This document shows positions 55,905 to 64,000 of a DNA stretch of 64,000 bases, in pieces. Below the pieces are notes generated by a model. It did not search any database. It was not told where the DNA came from and was given only the letters and a program-made list of their open reading frames with translations. A program made the translations under genes and the position numbers. Origin of the DNA: the human T2T-CHM13v2.0 reference genome, Homo sapiens; assembly GCF_009914755.1 (NCBI RefSeq), contig NC_060926.1; one strand, written 5' to 3'. How positions within the stretch are numbered: position 1 is the first letter of the stretch; the number at the start of each line of letters is the position of its first letter.

Positions 55905-56400
55905 TATGCATCTTGGTTTGTATTTCTCCAAAAAGGAAAGACCTGTGTACAGATAATTTAATGGAGATGATATCCTAGATATTATACGTGATGAGGTAGG
56001 AGAAGTGAGATAGGGAAAAAGAAAAGTCAGCGAAGAGTGTGTTCATGAGTGGATTACAGCTAAGAATAATTGAGTTTCAGTCTTTTTTGGATTCTTTGAA
56101 AAATCATATACAACTAGAATCTTCCTCCTAGATGAGAGGGAGGCTGGGGCATTTATCCAGAGATGTCCATCCCCGTTGATTGCCTGTTGCCGTCTGGAGT
56201 ATGAACTCGTTTACTTTTTTAAGTTGTGGTTGATTGCAGTACAGAGACATCCTATAATGACGGAAATAGCCTTTAAGCAGAGAATAAGGAAGATGCAGTG
56301 ATATAAGATTGTATGCTATCAGCCTCCTAAAAACTCTACTGCAACTGTTGATAACAATCTGGATAAATGTATATGGATCAGGGCCTTAAAACCTGCTAGC
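55905..56400 (-). mobile_element. LTR33-like ERVL LTR
   Basis: gaagtgagatagggaaa..gaaaagtcagcgaagagtgtgttcatgagtggattaca...agggaggctggggcatttatcca. Confidence 0.6.
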
Positions 56401-57649
56401 ATATGTGTTTATTCCCTGAAGATTATCTGAAAAAATTAGCTAATCAGCTTGGTTTTCTATACCTTTGTGGTTGTACTCAACATTATAAGGAGGTTTACCT
56501 TGCATCCTCTTTTTATATACAGAAAGATATGCTCCCATACTCACCAAGGAGGGTATCATTAGTAGTGACCATAATATAAGCAGCGAGACGGTGAATGTGA
56601 CATGTATCCAGTAGAAGATGGCAGAGAACTGGCCACCCATTGTCTTAGATCTTTTTACTCTGTGCTCCTACTGACTTGAAATTATATAGAAAGGACCAAA
56701 AAAAGTCTGCCTCAAAAGATCGTATGAAATTTATTGACATTATGATGCCAAATAACATCGTGGGAAAACCTTTCACATTGAATAATGTTTGATAATAACT
56801 TCCCAGTTCAGCTTTTCCTCCACTCTCTCCCTAATGATACACGTTCCAATAAAAAATGGCAACACAGAGAATGAGGAAATAAATTCCTCAATCTGCCCCT
56901 TACCAGCACTTTAAAGAAAAATGTTTTCAGAGAGATTCTTTAAAATATTTAACTTTTCTCCCCCAAGATGGTGGATTCGAGGCTTTTAGCATGCCTCCAC
57001 CACTTGGAAATAGCAAAATAGTACATAAAGATCAACTCTGTGAGGTTTAATTCAAGAAGGAAAATGAGAGTTCACCAGAATTGTGAAGAACATCTCAGAT
57101 CCCAGGGAGGAAAACATGGGCATATAGCCTCCTGACAGCATCTGACTGATAAAAGTGGGTGAAGCCTCTATACATCACATAGGTAAGAGAGCCTCCCTCT
57201 GTGACCCACCTTTCCACGTGGGATCTGAGCAACTCCAACTGAAGGAGAGCACATCACTTTTCCCTAGCCCTGGAGCTAATTTGGGGAGAGGCTTGGAAAC
57301 ACTGAGAAGAAAATACAACAGGAAAAGTTGCAGACGTTTTCCCAAACATAAGACGAAAAGCAGGACACCATTTTTAATGTGGGTACATACAAAATCATTC
57401 TTTGGTGACCTAGCAGTCACTTTAGTCTTGGGTCATAGATTGGAGTGCTTGCTCTTGAGTAGAGTAGGGGTATCCACAGCCAGAATTGTGAAAAGTGCCT
57501 CAGCAGTAGATGGTAAAATAGTGCTCTCTCCCATCACTGGCCTGAGGATGGAGGAGAGCTGCTACAGCTACAGTTTCTCTGGGGTGATGAGACTTACAGC
57601 CAGGGCCAGCTTAGTGACCTAGAATCATCAGCCTACATCTGTCATTGCT

Positions 57650-58765
57650 GGGTGCCCCAACCTTCTTCCCTGAGATCATGAGGCAGTGGGGCCCCCTCCA
57701 CTCCACCCCAGGCAGATCTCCAGGCATCTGGAGCACCCACTGTCATGGACTAGCAGCCTGCGTTAGTCCATTTTGCATTGCTCTAAGAGAATAGCTGAGA
57801 CTGGATAATTTATAAATGAAAGAGATTTGTTTGTCTCATGCCTCTGCAGGCTGTACAAGCATGGCACCCATATCTACTTGGCTGCTCATACGGCCTCAGA
57901 AAGCTTAAAATCATGATGGAAAGTGAAGGGGGAGCAGGCACATCATACCGTGAAATAGGGGTCAAGATAGAGGAAGAAGTTCCAGACTCTTTTAAACAAC
58001 CAGCTCTCACATGGACAAAGAGAGTGAGAACCAAGTCATCACTGAGTCATTCATGAGGAATCCTCCTCTGTGACCCAAACACCGCCCCCCAGATCTCATC
58101 TCCAGTGTTAGGGATGACATTTCAATATGAAATTTGGAGGGGGCAAATATCCAAACCGTATCACCAAGCCTGAATTGCCTCACCCATCCTGTGCAGAGAT
58201 CCTGATGCAGAGGCCCTTCTCTGCTTTATACCCAGGCAGATCTGCAGGCATTCTGAGCACTCGCTCACCTGGATCAGCAGCCTGACCCACTCCACCTTCT
58301 TGTGCAGAGATCCTGGTGCAGAGGGGCCCTCCCTGTTTCATCCCCAGGGAGATCTCCCGGCATTTGGAGCACCCACTCACCTGGTTCAACCTAAGGCACC
58401 CCACCCTTCCTCGGCTTAGATTGTGGTGCAGTGGGGCACTCTCCACTCCACAGTCAGGCAGATTTCCAGGCTTTCAGAAGACTTGCTCACCTGTATTAGC
58501 AGCTTGACCTGCTGCACCTTCCTGTGCAAAAATTCTAGTTCAGTGAGGGCCATCTCCACTCCATGCCCAGGCAGACCTCCAGGCATTCAGAGCACCTGTT
58601 TGTCTAATTTAGCAATCTGAGCTGCCACACCCTTCCTCTTCAGAGATTGTGATGCAGTGAGACCCTCTACATTCCAAGCCAAGGCCAATCTCCAGGCATC
58701 TGGAGCACCCACTCTTCTGGATTAGGAGTTGAGGCTGCCCCAGCTGCCCATACAGAGAACATGAG
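57650..58765 (+). repeat. ~115-bp tandem repeats of the L1 5'UTR (about 6-7 diverged units, split by the MST LTR)
   Basis: Recurrent cccaggcagatctccaggcat..gagcacccact...cacccttcctgtgcagagat..tggtgcag.ggggccct. Confidence 0.85.
57759..58163 (-). mobile_element. MST (MSTA/MSTB) MaLR solo LTR
   Basis: tgcgttagtccattttgcattgct...agcatggcaccc...atttcaatatgaaatttggagggggcaaatatccaaaccgtatca. Confidence 0.88.
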
Positions 58766-61700
58766 GCCAAAGAGGTTTCCCAGATTTACGACTGGGCATA
58801 TACTTCTGGGTGCTTGGTGGTGCCACCCACTGGAGCACCCTTGGCACTGTGCTTGTGCCTGCCATCCATAGAGGTTCCGTAGGTATGCTGGCCAGGTCCA
58901 TCCACATGCAACTTGCTACCTGCCTCCCACCCAACCAAGTGGCTGAGCAAGGCGCTCAGATCACTGTACACTTCATGGATCAGCCCCACTGTATAAGGCA
59001 ACAGAGACCTTCCCCTGTAAACAAGGATTAAGTATACACCCGACCACTTTGGCCATAACAGATCTTACTCATAAGTGCCGTCTACTGGCTTATCTATTGA
59101 ACTGCACAGCAAAAGTGCTCAGGGCTATAGGAGTAAAGCCAATAGGCCCTACCCAACATTGTCTACATTCACACCACCTAGGGAAGGGGAAGAAGGGAAA
59201 GAGAAAACAAAAATATTTGAGAGAAAGAAAGAAAAGAAAAAAAAACTGATCCAAATGAAAATAATTGCAAAAATTAGAAGTGCTGGCATCTCTAAATGAG
59301 AAGTAACTAGCCCAAGAATTCTGGCACCATGAAAAATGTGAATGTAGTGACACCACCAACGGATTATACCAGCTCTACAGCAATGTTGCCTAAACAAAAT
59401 GGAAACTCAGAAGTGACAGATAAAGAATTAAAAGTATGGACTACAAGAAAGCTCAGAAAGATCCAAGAGAAGGTTGACAATCACCACAAAGAGACTTCTA
59501 AAAAACCCAGGAAGTGAAGGAAGATAAATATATTTAATAGAAATCAGTTAGAGCTTCTGGAATTGGAAAACTTACTTAAGAAATTTCAAGATATAATTGA
59601 AAGCCTTATTAATAGACTAGATCAAGCAGAAGAAAGAATTTCAGAGCTTGATGGCCGTCTTAGCAAAACAAAAATAAAGAAAAAAGAATTTAAAAAAGTG
59701 AACAAAGTTTCTGAGAAAAATGAGATTATGTAATGTGACCAAACCCACAAATTATTGTTATTCTTAAGAGAGAAGGAGAAAAAAATAAACAACCTAGAAA
59801 ACATTTGAGAGAATAATTTAAGAAAATTTTTCTAATTTTGCAAAAGAGGTAGACATTGGGTTATAAGAAATCCAGAGAATGCCTGCAAGGTACTATACAA
59901 AATCAGTATCACCAAGGCATATAGTCACCAGATTGTGCAAGGTCAGTGCTAAAGAAAAAATCTAAAAGGCAGCTAGAGAAAAAGGTCAGATCATCTACAA
60001 AGGGAAACCCATCAGGCTAATGGCAGACTTCTCAGGAGAACTCTTACAAGCCAGGAGAGATTAGGGGCCTATTTTCAGCATTCTTAAAGAAAATAAGTTC
60101 CAACCAAGAATTTTATATTCCACAAAACTAAGCTTCATAACTGAAGAAGAAATAAAATATTTTCCAGACAAGCAAGCACTAAGGGAATTTGGTACCACTA
60201 AACCAGCTTAACAGGAAATACTTAAGGTAGTTCTAACATGGAAATAAAATAGTAATACCTCCTACCACAAAAACAGAATTAAGTATATAGCCCACAGACT
60301 CTATAAAGCAACCACACAATAGAATCTACAAAGTAATCAGCTACCAACTTCATGACAGAATCAAAATCTCACATATCAATATTAACTTTGAATGTAAACA
60401 GTCTAAATACTTTACTTGACACAGAGTGGCAAGTTGGATTAAAAAAAAAAAGACCTAACCCTCTGCTGTCTTCAATGTCACATGTAACAACACCTATAGA
60501 CTCAGAGTAAAGGGTTGGAGTCACATGTCACATGTCTCCATGTCACATGTAACAACACCTATAGACTTAAAGGGTTGGAGAAACCCTATCATGCAATTGG
60601 GAAAAAAAGAAAAAAGAGCAGGAGTCATGATTCTTACATGAGATAAAACAGACTTTAAACCAATAGCAGTAAAAAAAAAGGACAAAGAAGGGAGTTACAT
60701 AATGATAAAGGGTTCAATCCAACAAGAGAACGTGTATATCATAAATATATATGCACTCAATATTGGAACACCGAGATTCATAAAATAAGAACTTCTAGAC
60801 TACAAAAAGATGAGCTAGCAACAAAATAATAGTGAGAAATTTTACCACCCCACTGACAGTGTGACACTGAGGCTGAAAACTAGCACAAAATTCTGGACTT
60901 AAATTGGACACTTGACAAATTGGACCTAATAGACATCTATGGAATCCTCTGCTTATCAACCAAAAAATATACATCCTTCTCATCTGCACACAGAACACAT
61001 GTTTGGTTATGAAGCACATCTCAATGCATACAAAAAAAACTGAAATCATACTAAGCATACTCTCAGACTACAGTGAAATAAAAATAGAAATTAATAACAA
61101 GCAGATATTGCAAAACCACACAAGCACATGGAAAATAAACAACTTGCTCCTGAATTACTTTTGGGAAAAACACTGAAATTGAAGCAGAAATCAAAATACT
61201 CTTTGTAACTAGTAAAAACAGAGACATATACCAAAATATCAAGTATACAGCAAATGCAATGTTAAGATGGATGTTTATAACACCAAACACCTACACCTAC
61301 ATCAAAAAGTTAGAAAGATCTCAAAGTAGCCATCTAACATTGCACATAGAGGAACTAGAAATACAAGAAAAAACGAACTCCAAAGCTAGCAGAAGAAAAG
61401 AAATAACTAACATCAGAACTGAAAAAAATTGAGACCCAAATATCCAAAGAATCAACAAAACCAACAATTAATTCTTTGAAAGAATAAACAAGATTAATAT
61501 ATCTTTATCTAGATTAACAAATAAATAAAGGGAGAAGATCCAAATAAACAACTCAGAAATGACAAAGGTAACATTACAACCAATCACACAGAAATACAAA
61601 AGATCTTTAGAGACTACTATGAACATGTCCATGCACACAAAATAGAAAATCTAGTAGAAATGAATAAATTCCTTCAGATACACAAACCTACCAGGATTGA

Positions 61701-63615
61701 AACAGAAAGAAATTTGACACACTTTGCAGACCAATATTGAGTTCCAAAATTGAATCAGTAATAAGAAACCTACCAATAAAAAAATATTTGACTAGATGGA
61801 TTCATAGCCAAATATCACCAGAGGTACAAAGAAGAGCTGGTACCAATTGTACTGAATCTCTTTAAAGTAATTGAGGAGGAGGGACTCCTTCCTAATTTAT
61901 TCTACAAAGCCAGCATCACTCATTGCAAATCCTGGCAAAGGCACAAGGAAAAAACAAAACTATAGGCCAATATCCCTGATGAACATAGGCACAAAATTTC
62001 TCAACAAAATACTAGGAAACTGAATCCAGCACTTCATCTAAAACTTAATTCACCACAATCAAGTAGGTTTCATTCCTGGGATGCAAGATTGGTTCAACAA
62101 ATGCAAATCAATAAATGTGATTCACCACATAAATAGAATTAAAAACCAAAACCATATGATCCTCTCAATAGATGTGGAAAAAGCTTTCAATAAAATCCAA
62201 TATCCCTTCATTATAAAAACCCTCAACAGACTAGGCACTGAAGGAACATACCTCCAAATTATAAAAGCCATCTGTGAAAAACCCACAGCCAACATCGTAC
62301 TGAATGGGCAAAAGCTGGAAGAACTCCCCATAAGGAACAAGACAAGAAGGTCCACCCTCACCATTTCTATTCACCATAGTACTGGAAGTCCTAGCTAGAA
62401 CAATCAGGCAAGAGAAAGAAATAAAAGGCATCCAGTAGGAATAGAAAAAGTCAAACTATGTCTCTTCACTAACAATATGATTCTATACCTGGAATATCCT
62501 AAAAACTTTGTCAAAAGTCTCCTAGAACTGATAAATGATTTCAGTAAAGTTTCAGGATACAAAATTAATGCATAAAAATCAGTAGCATTTCTATACAACA
62601 ATAACATTCAAGATGAGAGCCAAATCAAGAACAAATTCTATTTATAATAGCCACACAAAAAAATAAAGTATCTAGTAATATGTCTAACCAAGGAGGTAAG
62701 AAGTTTTTACAAGTAGAACTACAAAACACTACTGAAAGGAATCACATGTAACACAAACAAATGGAAAAACATTTTATGCTCATTGATTGGAAGAATCAGT
62801 ATTGTTAAAATGGCCGTACTGCCTAAAGCAATAAAAGATTCAATCCTATTGTTATCAAAATACCAACATCATTTTTCACAGAATTAGAAAAATACTCTTC
62901 TAAAATTCATTTGGAACCAAAAAAAGAGCAAAATAGTAAGGCAATTCTAAGCAAAAAGAACAAAGCTGAAGTCATCACATTATCTGACTTCAACTATACT
63001 ACAAACCTACAATAACCCAAACAGCATGGTCCTGGTATAAAGACAGACACACAGACAAGTGGAAAAGAGTAGAGAATCCAGAAATAAAGCCACACACCTA
63101 CAGCCATCTGATCTTCAATAAAGTCAACAAATATGTGCAATGAGGAAAGGATTTTGTATTCAATAAATGGTGCTATGATAGCTCACTAACGATATGCAGA
63201 AGAATAAAATTTAACCCCAACCTTTCCCCATATATAAAATTAATTAAAGATGAATTAAATATTTAAACATAAGTCATCAATATATAAGAATCCTGGAAGA
63301 AAACCTAGGAATCGTCATCTGGATTTTGGCCTTTGAAAAGAATTTATGACTAAGTCCTCAAAAGCAATTGCAACAGAAACAAAAATTGAAAAGTGGGACC
63401 TAATTATACTACAGAGCTTCTGCACAGCAAAAGAAACTGTTAACAGAGTAAACGGCTATCTGACAAATGGAAGAAAATATTCACAAACTGTGCATCCAAC
63501 AAAGTTCTAATATCCAGAATCTATAGGAACTTAAACAATTCAACAAGCAGAAAACAAATAACCCCACTAAAAAGTGGGCCAAGGACATGAGCAGGCTCAA
63601 AAGAAGACATATACA

Positions 63616-63918
63616 CAGTGGCTCATGCCTGTAATCCCAGCACTTTGGGAGGCCGAGATGGGTGGATCAACTGAGGTCGGGAGTTTGAGACTAGCCTGGC
63701 CAACATGGAGAAACTTCGTCTCCACTAAAAATACAAAAATTAACCAGGCCTGGGGGTGCATGCCTGTAATCCCAGCTACTTAGGAGGCTGAAGCAGGAGA
63801 ATCGCTTGAACCCAGGAGGCAGAGGTTGCAGTGAGCTTAGATTGTGCCATTGCACTCCAGCCCGGGCAACAAGAGCTAAACTCCATCTCAAAAAAATAAA
63901 TTAATTAATTAAAAAAAA
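63616..63918 (+). mobile_element. AluSp
   Basis: Sp diagnostics gaggtcgggag, catggagaaac, ccattgcac, gcaacaagagc; A-rich tail. Confidence 0.92.
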
Positions 63919-64000
63919 AGATACACAAACATTGAAAAAAGCTCCACATCATTAATCGTCAGAGAAATGCAAATTAAAACCGCAGTGAAATACCTCTCAC

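Larger units (their letters stand above)
56960..64000 (+). mobile_element. Near full-length decayed L1 (L1PB/L1PA16-era), running off the window end
   Basis: 5' end ccaagatggtggatt; long 5'UTR; ORF1 remnants 59250-60240; ORF2 RT remnants ([40 protein letters not shown]); many stops. Confidence 0.93.

Noticed and set aside
57650-58765. GC-richer ~115-bp tandem array as a novel minisatellite
   Set aside because: Sits within the L1 5'UTR, where tandem units are an expected feature of older L1 families

Overview
AT-rich, CpG-poor primate genomic DNA. It is almost certainly human, because it carries a near-perfect AluYa5. No protein-coding exon, RNA gene or CRISPR array can be supported. The window is mostly transposable-element debris: four long decayed L1s, several shorter L1 pieces, eight Alu/Alu-monomer copies, LTR elements (MER11, MER61, THE1/MST, LTR47-like with a tRNA-Ser primer-binding site, LTR33, MER21), DNA transposons (MER5, Tigger3, MER47), L2 and MIR. 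The most unusual structure is at 21539-23272: a 1.34-kb self-complementary purine-pyrimidine VNTR clamped by 195-bp, ~97%-identical inverted arms. The arms are copied from an old host L1, which is deleted next to them. The window also has several locally templated insertion or snap-back scars (14945, 30520/32199, 43246/44328, 50520/52754, 50767, 60475) and a perfect 20-bp p53 response element in a MER61 LTR. Subfamily names come from recalled consensus sequences, not from a database search. Boundaries of old elements are approximate.
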